Numbered from the stretch's first letter, positions 9,895 to 19,832 are shown. The stretch is DNA of 64,000 bases from an uncultured Gammaproteobacteria bacterium (GCA_964407865.1 CAYOXC010000002.1:120646-184645); one strand, 5' to 3'. Translations and numbers: made by a program. The notes: generated from the letters alone by a model not told the origin.

Positions 9895-10170
9895 TTGAAC
9901 AAAGATATGGAAAATAAAAATGAAAAAAAAGTAATTAAGCGCGAATTTACCGGAGAGGTTGTTTCTAATGCAATGGCAAAAACGATCGTGGTTAAGGTTG
10001 TTCGAAGCACCCTTCATCCAAAATATAAAAAGTATTACCGAACCAGTCGAAAATATTATGTTCATGATGAAAAACAAGCAGCAAAAGTTGGAAATTCTGT
10101 TAAATTTGTTGAATGCCGACCATTATCAAAGACAAAAAGATGGCGGCTGACTGAGGTTTTGTCAAAATAA
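9895..10170 (+). CDS. rpsQ: 30S ribosomal protein S17
   Basis: GEVVSNAMAKTIVVKV...YYVHDE. Confidence 0.92.
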   Translation: MNKDMENKNEKKVIKREFTGEVVSNAMAKTIVVKVVRSTLHPKYKKYYRTSRKYYVHDEKQAAKVGNSVKFVECRPLSKTKRWRLTEVLSK

Positions 10171-10179
10171 GATTTACAT

Positions 10180-10551
10180 ATGATTCAACATCGCTCAATG
10201 TTAGCAGTTGCAGACAATAGTGGCGCAAAGAAACTTCAGTGTTTGCGCGTGCTTGGTGGCTATCGAAAACGATATGCCCGTTTGGGCGATATTGTCACCT
10301 GTTCCGTGAAGATTGCTGCTCCGCGCGGTTTAGTAAAAAAAGGTGAAGTAGTACATGCGGTTATTGTTCGACAGAGAAAAGAAACACGACGAAAAGACGG
10401 AACGTATGTTCGTTTTGATGAAAATGCTGCCGTAATTGTTGACAGAAAGACAAAAGAACCAAAAGGGTCTCGTATTTTCGGGCCAGTAGCTAGAGAATTA
10501 CGTGTTAATGGTTTCCAGAAGATTGTTTCTTTGGCGCCCGAAGTGCTTTAA
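10180..10551 (+). CDS. rplN: 50S ribosomal protein L14
   Basis: [18 protein letters not shown]. Confidence 0.96.
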   Translation: MIQHRSMLAVADNSGAKKLQCLRVLGGYRKRYARLGDIVTCSVKIAAPRGLVKKGEVVHAVIVRQRKETRRKDGTYVRFDENAAVIVDRKTKEPKGSRIFGPVARELRVNGFQKIVSLAPEVL

Positions 10552-10572
10552 TAGACCAGTTGATATAAATGT

Positions 10573-10881
10573 ATGAGAATAAAAACAAACGACAAAGTAA
10601 AAATTGTTGCCGGTAAAGATCGGGGTAAGGAAGGCAAAGTTATTCAAGTTTTTTCCAAAGAAGGAAAGATTGTTGTTGAAGGTTTAAATTTGATGAAAAA
10701 GCACTTGCGCCCTCGCCAGCGAGGAGAAAAAGGACAAATTATTGAACTGGCTGCTCCTCTGGCAGTATCTAATGTTATGTTAATTTGTGAGAAATGCGGC
10801 AAACCAACAAGAATCGGTTATAAAACAGAAGGAGAGAGCAAGAAAAGAACATGTAAAAAATGTAAGGAATCAATTGTATAA
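10573..10881 (+). CDS. rplX: 50S ribosomal protein L24 with a C-terminal CxxC...CxxC zinc ribbon
   Basis: KOW motif KVKIVAGKDRGKEGKV. The tail CEKCGKP...CKKCKE supplies the zinc-ribbon cysteines. Confidence 0.9.
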   Translation: MRIKTNDKVKIVAGKDRGKEGKVIQVFSKEGKIVVEGLNLMKKHLRPRQRGEKGQIIELAAPLAVSNVMLICEKCGKPTRIGYKTEGESKKRTCKKCKESIV

Positions 10882-10886
10882 TCAAT

Positions 10887-11429
10887 ATGACATCGAATTT
10901 GTATAAACAATATAAAAAAGAGATAGTACCGGCATTAGTGAAGGAATTTAAATATAAAAGTGTTTCACAAGCTCCAAAAATTAAAAAGATTGTGCTTAAT
11001 GTTGGAGTTGGCAGGTTTATAAAGGAGCCGAGTTATATCGAAAATGTCGAGAAGAATTTGGCGAAAATTAGCGGGCAGAAACCGGTTCGGACAAAAGCAA
11101 AAAAAGCTATTTCCAATTTTAAGATTCGTGAAGGCATGGATATTGGAGTTATGGTTACGCTTAGAGGCCCAAAGATGTATGATTTTTTGGAAAAATTACT
11201 GACTATAACTTTGCCAAGAACAAGGGATTTTCGAGGTATTTCGGGAAAATCATTTGATGGTCACGGTAATTACAATCTTGGTTTTAAAGAAAATCTAGCC
11301 TTTCCAGAAATAAAAGGAAGTGATGCTGAAAAAAATCACGGTTTGCAGATTGTTGTTTCTACTACTGCGAAAAGTATTGAAGAAGGACGGGCCTTATTGG
11401 AAAAAATTGGTTTTCCTTTCGTTAAATAA
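10887..11429 (+). CDS. rplE: 50S ribosomal protein L5
   Basis: Typical L5 sequence. 180 aa. Confidence 0.93.
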   Translation: MTSNLYKQYKKEIVPALVKEFKYKSVSQAPKIKKIVLNVGVGRFIKEPSYIENVEKNLAKISGQKPVRTKAKKAISNFKIREGMDIGVMVTLRGPKMYDFLEKLLTITLPRTRDFRGISGKSFDGHGNYNLGFKENLAFPEIKGSDAEKNHGLQIVVSTTAKSIEEGRALLEKIGFPFVK

Positions 11430-11432
11430 TTA

Positions 11433-11624
11433 TTGTTTATGGCTACTGAATCGCAAATTGCTAAATCAAATCGTAAACCAAAATTTTCAACAAGAATTGT
11501 TCGTCGATGTTGGAAATGCGGTAGACAACACGGATATTTCGGAAGGTTTGGCTTATGCCGGATTTGTTTTAGAGAATTAGCAAACGATGGAAAGATTCCT
11601 GGTGTTCGTAAATCAAGTTGGTAA
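11433..11624 (+). CDS. rpsZ: 30S ribosomal protein S14, zinc-binding type Z
   Basis: 61-63 aa with CWKCGR...CRICFRE. Confidence 0.92.
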   Translation: MFMATESQIAKSNRKPKFSTRIVRRCWKCGRQHGYFGRFGLCRICFRELANDGKIPGVRKSSW

Positions 11625-11659
11625 AAATTTGTAATCAATATATTTTTGAATGAAAAATT

Positions 11660-12049
11660 ATGATGACTGACCCAATCGCTGACATGTTAACTAGAATTCG
11701 CAATGCCTCAATGGTTCGTAAGAAAGAGGTAGTTGTTCCGTTTTCTAAAATTAAGCATGCTATTGCCGAAACGATGGTGCGACAAGGCTATCTTGTTAAG
11801 GTTGAAATCACTGGTGATGTAAAGAAAGATCTTGTTATCGCACTAAAGTATGATGGGCGTGAGCCGGGAATTCAATCGCTTAAGCGCATTTCAAAACCCG
11901 GTCAGCGAAGATATGTTAAAAGTAATGAATTAGGAAAGGTATTGAACGGGTTAGGCTCGTCTATTTTATCAACTCCAAAGGGAATAATGAGTAATGTTGA
12001 AGCAAAAAAGGCTAAAGTTGGAGGAGAATTGCTTTGTGAAATATATTAA
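11660..12049 (+). CDS. rpsH: 30S ribosomal protein S8
   Basis: DPIADMLTRIRNA. Confidence 0.95.
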   Translation: MMTDPIADMLTRIRNASMVRKKEVVVPFSKIKHAIAETMVRQGYLVKVEITGDVKKDLVIALKYDGREPGIQSLKRISKPGQRRYVKSNELGKVLNGLGSSILSTPKGIMSNVEAKKAKVGGELLCEIY

Positions 12050-12067
12050 GAATTATTATTGAATAGT

Positions 12068-12616
12068 ATGTCAAGAGTTGGTAAAAAAATTCATGAATTA
12101 CCGCCAGGAGTGACCGCTCAAGTGTCTGGCCAAACTCTGCTTGTAAGAGGCCCGAAGGGGGAACTTAGTTTAAAGATCCATCCGCGTGTTATCATTTCAG
12201 TGGAGGATAATAAATTAAGCGTTAAGGTATCGCGTGAAAATGATAAAAATGAGCGTGCTCTTTGGGGAACATTTTCTAGCTTAGCTGAGGGCATGATTCA
12301 AGGTGTTTCTCAAGGTTTTGTTAAAGAACTCGAAATTAATGGAGTTGGTTATAAAGCAAACATGCAGGGAGACAAGCTTGTGTTGGCTGTTGGCTATTCG
12401 CATCCAGTTGAATTTAATTCTCCACCAGGCATAAAAATTTCTGTTGAAAAAAATATTATTAAAATAGAAGGATTTGACAAGCAGTTGGTTGGTGAAACAG
12501 CGGCCCAGATTCGCGCTGTTAAAAAACCGGAGCCTTATCAGGGAAAGGGTATAAAATATATTGATGAAATAATCAGGCGTAAAGTCGGTAAGACTGCCGC
12601 CAAAAGCGCATCTTAA
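12068..12616 (+). CDS. rplF: 50S ribosomal protein L6
   Basis: MSRVGKK start. Two L6 repeats. Confidence 0.92.
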   Translation: MSRVGKKIHELPPGVTAQVSGQTLLVRGPKGELSLKIHPRVIISVEDNKLSVKVSRENDKNERALWGTFSSLAEGMIQGVSQGFVKELEINGVGYKANMQGDKLVLAVGYSHPVEFNSPPGIKISVEKNIIKIEGFDKQLVGETAAQIRAVKKPEPYQGKGIKYIDEIIRRKVGKTAAKSAS

Positions 12617-12625
12617 AGAAATAAT

Positions 12626-13009
12626 ATGAAAAGATCTGTTAATAAAAATAAAAGCACTAGACGTTTGGTTCGTCATACGCGTGTAAGAGCGCATATTGAG
12701 GGAACTTCAGAATGTCCGCGGATTTCGGTATTTCGAGGATTAAGAAAAATTACAGTACAGTTTATTGATGACAAAAAAGCCCATACTTTGTGTTCCGCAT
12801 CCTCTGATGAAGTAGAAAAGAGCAAAGAAAAAGTTGAGGGCATGACAGGTAAGGTCGCCTTAGCTTATTTAACAGGGAAATTAGCGGCTGAAAAGGCAAA
12901 AGAAAAAGGAATTGTTCAGGCTGTGTTTGATCGGGGTGGCTATCGTTATCATGGTAGGGTGGCTGCTGTTGCCGAGGGTATTCGTCAGAGCGGAGGAATA
13001 AAATTTTAA
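12626..13009 (+). CDS. rplR: 50S ribosomal protein L18
   Basis: PRISVFRGLRKITVQFIDD. Confidence 0.9.
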   Translation: MKRSVNKNKSTRRLVRHTRVRAHIEGTSECPRISVFRGLRKITVQFIDDKKAHTLCSASSDEVEKSKEKVEGMTGKVALAYLTGKLAAEKAKEKGIVQAVFDRGGYRYHGRVAAVAEGIRQSGGIKF

Positions 13010-13031
13010 ATTGCCACTAAAATAAATTTTT

Positions 13032-13598
13032 ATGAAACCAATTCGTAAAAAAGGTGATAAATTCAAACGTGCTGAGCGCAAGGAGTTTGATCAGCATATT
13101 GTTGATCTTGCTCGAGTAACACGAGTCACTGAGGGTGGCAAGCATTTAAGTTTTCGTGCCTGTATTATTATTGGTGACAGAAAAGGGCGAGTTGGTTTTG
13201 GTGTAGCCAAGGGCAAAGATGTTCAGTTGGCTGTTGAAAAGGCAATGCGACAGGCGAAAAAGAATTTAATAAAGGTGCCATTGGTTAATGATACTATTCC
13301 ACATACAATAATTAGTAAATATAAGGCAGCCAAGGTTTTGCTTAAGCCTGCCCCGGTGGGTTCTGGTGTTATCGCTGGAGGAGCGGTGCGAGTAGTGTTA
13401 GAATTGGCCGGCGTTCTTAATATTTCTTCAAAAATAATGAGTCGAACCAAAAACAAGATAGCAGTTGTAAAAGCAACCTTTAAAGCACTGGAAAGTTTTA
13501 AGAAAAAAGCTTTGCCAAAGGAAGAAAAAGCTAAGGAAGTAGCTGTAGTGAAGGAACAGGATGAAGAAAAAGAGTCTGATAAGATGAATAAAAAATAA
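13032..13598 (+). CDS. rpsE: 30S ribosomal protein S5 with a short K/E-rich C-terminal extension
   Basis: VTRVTEGGKHLSFRA...GSGVIAGGAVR. Confidence 0.93.
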   Translation: MKPIRKKGDKFKRAERKEFDQHIVDLARVTRVTEGGKHLSFRACIIIGDRKGRVGFGVAKGKDVQLAVEKAMRQAKKNLIKVPLVNDTIPHTIISKYKAAKVLLKPAPVGSGVIAGGAVRVVLELAGVLNISSKIMSRTKNKIAVVKATFKALESFKKKALPKEEKAKEVAVVKEQDEEKESDKMNKK

Positions 13599-13603
13599 AA
13601 AGT

Positions 13604-14059
13604 ATGAAATTATCAGTACATACAATGAAACCAGCGCGCGGTGCTAAACATTCTCGCAAAAGAGTTGGTCGCGGCAACGCTTCAGGACATGGCACTTACT
13701 CAACCCGTGGAGGTAAAGGACAGACAGCTCGTTCTGGTGGCAGTCGTGGTTTGAAATTAAAAGCATTTAAGAATTTGATGCAGTCAACTCCTAAACTTAG
13801 GGGTTTTAAAAGTCTGAAAATAAAACCTGTCGAGGTTAATTTATCAGACTTAGAAAAGAATTTTAATATTGGTGAAACTGTTAATTTGACCGCACTAAAG
13901 GAGAAGGGTCTTGTTAAACCAAGAGCTCTTAAAGCAAAAGTATTGCTCAAAGGTGAATTAAAAAAGAAATTAATTATTGACGGTATTGGCGTGACAAAAG
14001 GCGCCAAAGAGATGATTGAAAAAGTCGGCGGAGAAATTACAAAGTACAAAGAAGCTTAG
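13604..14059 (+). CDS. rplO: 50S ribosomal protein L15. No L30 gene lies between rpsE and rplO.
   Basis: RKRVGRGNASGHG. rpsE ends at 13598 and rplO starts at 13604. Confidence 0.92.
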   Translation: MKLSVHTMKPARGAKHSRKRVGRGNASGHGTYSTRGGKGQTARSGGSRGLKLKAFKNLMQSTPKLRGFKSLKIKPVEVNLSDLEKNFNIGETVNLTALKEKGLVKPRALKAKVLLKGELKKKLIIDGIGVTKGAKEMIEKVGGEITKYKEA

Positions 14060-14134
14060 TAATCACTGGGTGGTTGTGGTATATTTGTTAAGTGTTTATT
14101 CCGGCTTTATGTCGGTAGAATAAAGTACTTATAT

Positions 14135-15412
14135 ATGTGGGATAAACTTCAAAAAGTCTGGAAAATAAAAGATATCCGAAATAATATTCTTATTGTTTTG
14201 GGTCTTTTAGTTATTTATCGGTTGGTAGCTCACATTCCAGTACCTGGTGTAAATGTTGAAGGATTGCGCGAGCTTTTGGCTGGTCAGCAAGCTTTTCAGC
14301 TTTTAGATATTTTTGCCGGTGGTACGGTCAAGAATTTTTCCTTGATCATGCTTGGCGTTGCTCCCTATATTACTTCTTCCATTATTTTCCAATTATTGGT
14401 GATGATTGTGCCAAAATTAGAAGAGCTTTCAAAAGAAGGAGAGTCTGGCCAGGCAAAAATAAACATGTATACGCGCTGGCTGACGGTTCCTTTGGCTTTT
14501 TTCCAATCATATGCAATGATACAGTTTTTATCAAAGTCATCCAGAAATATTCTTCCGGCAGATTTGTCGGCTGTAGGCATGCTTACAATTATTGTTAGTA
14601 TTACGGCTGGTACTATGTTTTTAGTCTGGATAGGCGAGCTTATTTCCGAACGCAAGGTCGGCAATGGTATTTCATTATTGATTTTTGCCGGTATCGTGGC
14701 TTCTTTTCCGACGGCCATAGCTGGAGCAATAGCTAATTATAGCTCTGCTGATTTTTATACTTTTTTAATGTTCGGCATTGTAGCACTTATGACTGTGGTT
14801 GGCGTTGTCTTTATTAACGAAGGGCAGAGGAATATTCCGGTGAATTATGCCAAACAAGTTCGCGGTAGTCGTGTTTTTGGTGGTGGTTCTACACATTTGC
14901 CCCTGCGTGTAAATATGGCTGGCGTGATTCCGATTATCTTTGCAATTTCTCTCGTGCTTATCCCTCCGATGATCGCCCAGTTTTTTGTTAGTGCAAAAGC
15001 CGAGTGGCTGAAAAGCTTAGCCATGCTTATTGTTCGATTGTTTAATAATAATGCTTTTTACGGAATTGCATATTTTCTTCTGGTTTTTGGTTTTACTTTT
15101 TTCTATACTTCAGTCATATTTCACCCAAACAAGGTGGCGGAAAATCTCCAGAAGAACGGCGGGTTTATTCCTGGTATTCGTCCAGGTAAAGAAACTGAGA
15201 ATTATCTTGGCGCCATTGTTAGTCGGATTAATTTAGTTGGTGCTAGTTTTCTTGGACTTATCGCAATTTTGCCACTTTTAGTGAAGGCAGTCAGTGGATC
15301 GCAGGCTTTGACTATCGGTGGTACTTCTTTGCTTATCGTAGTGGCGGTAGCTATTGAATCAGCTAAGCAAATTCAGTCTCAGGTAACAATGCACGAATAC
15401 GACCATATATAA
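14135..15412 (+). CDS. secY: Preprotein translocase subunit SecY
   Basis: 10-TM protein in the conserved position after rplO. GGTSLLI motif. Confidence 0.95.
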   Translation: MWDKLQKVWKIKDIRNNILIVLGLLVIYRLVAHIPVPGVNVEGLRELLAGQQAFQLLDIFAGGTVKNFSLIMLGVAPYITSSIIFQLLVMIVPKLEELSKEGESGQAKINMYTRWLTVPLAFFQSYAMIQFLSKSSRNILPADLSAVGMLTIIVSITAGTMFLVWIGELISERKVGNGISLLIFAGIVASFPTAIAGAIANYSSADFYTFLMFGIVALMTVVGVVFINEGQRNIPVNYAKQVRGSRVFGGGSTHLPLRVNMAGVIPIIFAISLVLIPPMIAQFFVSAKAEWLKSLAMLIVRLFNNNAFYGIAYFLLVFGFTFFYTSVIFHPNKVAENLQKNGGFIPGIRPGKETENYLGAIVSRINLVGASFLGLIAILPLLVKAVSGSQALTIGGTSLLIVVAVAIESAKQIQSQVTMHEYDHI

Positions 15413-15431
15413 TTTTCTACAATAATAGAAT

Positions 15432-15458
15432 AACCGCTCTTATTAGGGCGGTTTTTTG
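15432..15458 (+). terminator. Intrinsic terminator after secY
   Basis: aaccgctc ttattag ggcggtt + TTTTT. Confidence 0.55.
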
Positions 15459-15549
15459 TTCCTAGTGCTTCCTTGTCAATGAGTGTAAATTAAGTTATAA
15501 TATTTTTTGTCTAGTTTAAGCAAAAAATTGACATTAATGTTCATTTTTT

Positions 15550-15849
15550 ATGGGGTTATTCGGTCCTTCAATTAAATATTCGCAAAAAGAGTACCAATTT
15601 CCAGAAGTTGAAATAAAGCGATTTCTAGCGCATGTTCGAATTAATTCTTCTGGTTCGTTTACCAATTCTGAAGAAGAAGCGGTAGAGAACGCCATTTTAG
15701 CTCGTCGGCGTGGTGATGGCGCAATATCTCTGCAGCAAATATATGAAGTTTTATCGAATTTGCGCAACAAAAATATAATTACCAAGGTTGATTTCAGCTC
15801 TTTAATGGACGATTTTAAAGGATATTTTGTCGAGCATTATAAAGAATAG
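15550..15849 (+). CDS. Small hypothetical protein (99 aa) inserted between secY and adk
   Basis: AT-rich, host-like ORF. No motif recognised. Confidence 0.4.
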   Translation: MGLFGPSIKYSQKEYQFPEVEIKRFLAHVRINSSGSFTNSEEEAVENAILARRRGDGAISLQQIYEVLSNLRNKNIITKVDFSSLMDDFKGYFVEHYKE

Positions 15850-15863
15850 AAAAAAATTTTTTT

Positions 15864-16532
15864 ATGAAAAACATAATATTTTTTCTTGGTTCACCAGGCT
15901 CTGGTAAGGGGACGCAGGCCAAGCTTATGTCCAAGGAATATAATTATCACCATGTTTCGACTGGAGATTTAATACGCGCCATTATTGTCGACCCTGAGGC
16001 AAAAGAAGATGACAAAAAAATTGTCGAAGAGGCAAGTTTGGCCGGGCGCTTAGTGCCAGATGATTTTATTTGCGATTTAGTTTTTCGTACCATAGATAAA
16101 TTTTTAGAGAGTAAAGATAAAGGCATAATTTTTGACGGTGCAATTCGAACAGTAAATCAGGCAGAGAAAATTTTTGATTATTTAAAATCTAAAAATTTAG
16201 ATAATTCTTCTCTTGTTGTCGCAATATTAATCAGCGACAGCGAGGCGTATGACAGACTGACCAAGCGTCGAGTTTGTCTTTCTTGCGGCGAGATTGTACC
16301 TTGGTTGCCTGCAACAAAGGATCTTACAAGCTGCCCAAAATGCCATGGTGAATTGAGACCGAGATCCGATGACAAGCCGGAAATAATCAAAAATCGCATT
16401 ATCGACCAGGGTTCTTCTGCACTTAATCCGCTTTTGGATTATTTTCGAAAGTTAGGCGTTTTAAAAGAAATAAACGGAGAACAACAAATTGAAAATGTAG
16501 CAGAAGATGTAAAAAAAGCTCTGGCTGATTAA
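15864..16532 (+). CDS. adk: Adenylate kinase with a zinc-binding lid
   Basis: GSPGSGKGTQA P-loop. The lid has CLSCGE...CPKCHG. Confidence 0.95.
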   Translation: MKNIIFFLGSPGSGKGTQAKLMSKEYNYHHVSTGDLIRAIIVDPEAKEDDKKIVEEASLAGRLVPDDFICDLVFRTIDKFLESKDKGIIFDGAIRTVNQAEKIFDYLKSKNLDNSSLVVAILISDSEAYDRLTKRRVCLSCGEIVPWLPATKDLTSCPKCHGELRPRSDDKPEIIKNRIIDQGSSALNPLLDYFRKLGVLKEINGEQQIENVAEDVKKALAD

Positions 16533-16536
16533 TAAT

Positions 16537-17352
16537 ATGTTGATTAAGAATAAAAGTGACATAAAGGTTTTAAAAAAGGGAGGAAAAATACTTGGTCAAA
16601 TTATTTCTGATCTTGTTAAGATGTGCAAGCCAGGTATGTCTACTTGGGAGATAGATCGCCAGGCGGAAGAAATGATTATGAAAGCCGGTGGGCGTCCAGC
16701 TTTTAAATTTTATAAAAATCACCCAACAGACCCTCCTTTTCCAGCAACAATATGCGCTTCGCTTAATGAAGAGATTGTGCACGGGATTCCTCGGGCAGAT
16801 GTTTTTTTAAAAGATGGTAATATTTTTAGTATTGATATTGGCATGGAGTGGCCTGCGGCTAAATCAAAAAAAGGAAAAAAACACGGCATGTTTACTGATA
16901 CAGCTATTACTATAGCTATCGGTAAAGTACCGCAAGAAACATATGAACTTTTACGTGTTACTGCTGAAGCACTTGAGGTTGGAATTAAAGCAATAAAGCC
17001 AGGTGAAAAGCTGTCTGAGGTTGGGAGGTCAATTGAAAAATTTGTTAAGTCACAAGGGTCTTACGGCATAATAAAGGATTTATCCGGACATGGTGTTGGT
17101 CATGCGGTTCATGAAGATCCTTGGATACCCAACTATTATGAAAAGCGTTTGGATAGTTTTATCATAAAACCAGGCATGGTCTTGGCTTTAGAGCCGATGA
17201 TTAGCCAAGGCAGTTGGAAAATTACCACTGCTTTAGATGGGTGGACTATTAAAACACAAGATCATTCGCTTTGCGCTCACTTTGAACATACAGTTGTGGT
17301 GACTGAAGGTGGTTGCGAGGTGATTACACGAAGGCCGGAGGAATATATATGA
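16537..17352 (+). CDS. map: Methionine aminopeptidase type I
   Basis: 271 aa with conserved D/H/E metal ligands, e.g. HGVGHAVHEDP. Confidence 0.92.
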   Translation: MLIKNKSDIKVLKKGGKILGQIISDLVKMCKPGMSTWEIDRQAEEMIMKAGGRPAFKFYKNHPTDPPFPATICASLNEEIVHGIPRADVFLKDGNIFSIDIGMEWPAAKSKKGKKHGMFTDTAITIAIGKVPQETYELLRVTAEALEVGIKAIKPGEKLSEVGRSIEKFVKSQGSYGIIKDLSGHGVGHAVHEDPWIPNYYEKRLDSFIIKPGMVLALEPMISQGSWKITTALDGWTIKTQDHSLCAHFEHTVVVTEGGCEVITRRPEEYI

Positions 17353-17717
17353 ATATTTTAGCAATTGATTTTGGAACAAAAAATATAGGTCTGGCTTGGT
17401 GCGATATAGCCATAGGCGTAGTTTTGCCTTTTGGATTGTCAAAGAACGTAAGTGAAGTTGTGGAAGTTATTAAAAAAGAACGCATTGATCAGGTAGTTGT
17501 TGGGTTGCCGCTCGGTCTTGATGGAAAAGAAAACAAAAATACCGAACGCGTAAAAGAATTTATAAATGATTTAAAAAAGATGATATCTAATCTGCCGATT
17601 GAAGTTTACGATGAAAGGTTTAGCTCACAGGCTGCTGATAGAATGGAGGGCGATGCAAGCCGTGATGAGAAATCCGCTATGATATTACTGCAAGATTATA
17701 TTGAGAAGAATAAATAA
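17350..17717 (+). CDS. ruvX: Holliday junction resolvase-like YqgF/RuvX
   Basis: MNILAIDFGTKNIGLAWCD. The start overlaps the map stop. Confidence 0.85.
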
Positions 17718-17720
17718 TAT

Positions 17721-18437
17721 ATGCAAGCGATTATTTTAGCGCGTCGTGATTTTCGTGAAAACGATCAAATTATTTCACTTTTTTCGGAGGAAAAGGGAAA
17801 GATTACAGCATTAGCAAGGGGTGTAAAAAAAATCATCAGCAAAAATGCGGCTTTTCTTGAGCCGTTTTTTTTCGTAGAATCTGAAGTAATTCCAGGACGT
17901 GAATTGCGTTATTTAACTAAAGTCGTTGGGTTAAAATCGTATAAAAATATACGTGCTGATTTTCAAAAAAGCATAATAGCTGGACGAGTGGCTATTTTTG
18001 TTGATCGCATTCTCGAAGATGGCCAAAGCGAACCAAAAATATTTTATTTGCTTCGCGATTGGTTTGATTTTGTTGATGGCTACAAAGCCGGTGAGGGGCA
18101 TTATTATGGATTTATCGTTCGGTTATTTAGAATTTTGGGATATGAGCCAATTTTGGAGCAATGTGTTTTTTGCAAAAAGGCGATGTTGTCACAGGTTGGT
18201 CGGATATGTTTTGCACCAGCAAGTGGGGGTATATTTTGCGGTACCTGTAATAAAGAAAATATTTGCGAGTCAGATGTTTTGTTTATCGACAATGAGGATG
18301 CAAGCCACTGGGAAATATTTCTTAATCAGGACATTAGAGATTGGCCGTTAAAAGTTTCTATCGGTTTGAAGAATGCCATTATGATTTTTTCTGAATATCA
18401 TATAGACAAAAAACTTGCTAAAATTAGCCAAATTTAG
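17721..18437 (+). CDS. recO: DNA repair protein RecO
   Basis: An N-terminal OB fold precedes a C-terminal CVFC...CGTC zinc finger. Confidence 0.85.
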   Translation: MQAIILARRDFRENDQIISLFSEEKGKITALARGVKKIISKNAAFLEPFFFVESEVIPGRELRYLTKVVGLKSYKNIRADFQKSIIAGRVAIFVDRILEDGQSEPKIFYLLRDWFDFVDGYKAGEGHYYGFIVRLFRILGYEPILEQCVFCKKAMLSQVGRICFAPASGGIFCGTCNKENICESDVLFIDNEDASHWEIFLNQDIRDWPLKVSIGLKNAIMIFSEYHIDKKLAKISQI

Positions 18438-18524
18438 TATTATTATTACGCCTACTTAAGTAATCTAACAAGTAAACGCTACATCAGTAATAAGTGGGAT
18501 TTTGCGTATTTAATGTGATTAATT

Positions 18525-19820
18525 ATGGAACAAGTATTAATAAAAGATTTATCCAAACATGTTGGAGAGAGCGTGTTGATTAAGGGCTGGCTTTTTAATA
18601 AACGATCCTCCGGACCGATAAATTTTTTAGAGTTTCGCGATGGTTACGGCTTTGTTCAAGGGGTAATTGTTAAGAACGATGTTAGTCAGGATACTTGGCA
18701 GAAGGCGGAAACCATAACTCAAGAGTCGTCTGTTGAAGTTGTTGGTAAAGTAACCAGGCACCCTAAAAAAGAAAATGTTTTTGAATTGCAAATTCAAGAA
18801 ATAAATACAATACAGTTGTCTGAGGATTATCCGATATCTAAAAAAGAGCATGGTCCGGATTTCTTGCTAGACAAGAGACATTTATGGCTTCGAAGTAGTA
18901 AACAATGGGCGGTCATGCGAGTGCGTGATGCGATCATAACGGCAATCAATGAATATTTGCATCAGGAAAATTTTACAAAAGTAGATTCACCAATTTTAAC
19001 ACCCACTGCTTGCGAGGGAACAACCACTCTCTTTGCTGTTCCTTATTTTGATTTAGGTACTGCTTATATGGCTCAATCAGGGCAGCTATATATTGAAGCA
19101 GCTATTATGTCTGTTGGTCGGTGTTATGATTTTGGTCCAGTTTTTCGCGCTGAAAAAAGTAAAACAAAAAGACATCTTACTGAATTTTGGATGATGGATG
19201 CGGAGGCGGCTTTTGTTGAACATGATGAAAATATTAAAATTCAAGAAGGCCTTGTCCGCCATATTGTCCGCCATTGCATTGAACACTGTAAAGAGGAGTT
19301 GGCGCTTCTTGAGCGCGATATTGATAAATTAGCTAAGGCTGATGCGTCTTTCACTCGTTATACATATGATCAAGCAATTAAAAAATTAAATGAATTGGGT
19401 TCAGATATAAAGTATGGGGAAGATTTGGGCAATGACGACGAAGGCCTGTTAACCAAAGATAGTGAGGTACCGATTTTTATTGAAAGATGGCCAAAGTCAA
19501 TCAAGCCTTTCTATATGAAGCGCGACTCGGAAAATCAGGAATTAGTTTTAAATGATGATTTAATTGCTACTGATGGCGGCGGTGAACTGATTGGTGGCAG
19601 TCAACGCGAGGATAATTATGATCAGCTTTTAGAAAGAATTAAAAACGAAGGATTGAATATTGAGGATTATCAGTGGTATTTGGATTTGCGAAAATATGGT
19701 TCAGTGCCACATTCAGGATTTGGCATCGGCCTTGAACGTACAGTCCGTTGGGTCTGTGGAATAGAGCATGTTCGCGAATGTATTGCGTTTCCCAGAACCA
19801 TAGGGCGGCTAAAGCCATAG
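18525..19820 (+). CDS. asnS: Class II aminoacyl-tRNA synthetase: asparaginyl-tRNA synthetase, or possibly an archaeal-type AspRS
   Basis: An N-terminal OB fold is followed by FRAEKS...HLTEFWMMDAE and GSQRE motifs. The EFWM motif favours AsnRS. Confidence 0.7.
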   Translation: MEQVLIKDLSKHVGESVLIKGWLFNKRSSGPINFLEFRDGYGFVQGVIVKNDVSQDTWQKAETITQESSVEVVGKVTRHPKKENVFELQIQEINTIQLSEDYPISKKEHGPDFLLDKRHLWLRSSKQWAVMRVRDAIITAINEYLHQENFTKVDSPILTPTACEGTTTLFAVPYFDLGTAYMAQSGQLYIEAAIMSVGRCYDFGPVFRAEKSKTKRHLTEFWMMDAEAAFVEHDENIKIQEGLVRHIVRHCIEHCKEELALLERDIDKLAKADASFTRYTYDQAIKKLNELGSDIKYGEDLGNDDEGLLTKDSEVPIFIERWPKSIKPFYMKRDSENQELVLNDDLIATDGGGELIGGSQREDNYDQLLERIKNEGLNIEDYQWYLDLRKYGSVPHSGFGIGLERTVRWVCGIEHVRECIAFPRTIGRLKP

Positions 19821-19832
19821 TAATTATGTATT

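Noticed and set aside
9786-10077. Minus-strand ORFs 9786..10010 and 9793..10077 opposite rpmC and rpsQ
   Set aside because: They are AT-rich low-complexity antisense frames of ribosomal genes.
11320-11638. ORFs 11320..11580(+) and 11336..11638(-) overlapping rplE and rpsZ
   Set aside because: They are alternative frames over well-supported ribosomal protein genes.
17998-18351. 117-aa ORF inside recO in another frame
   Set aside because: It is entirely nested in recO and lacks a start context. recO has the conserved zinc finger.
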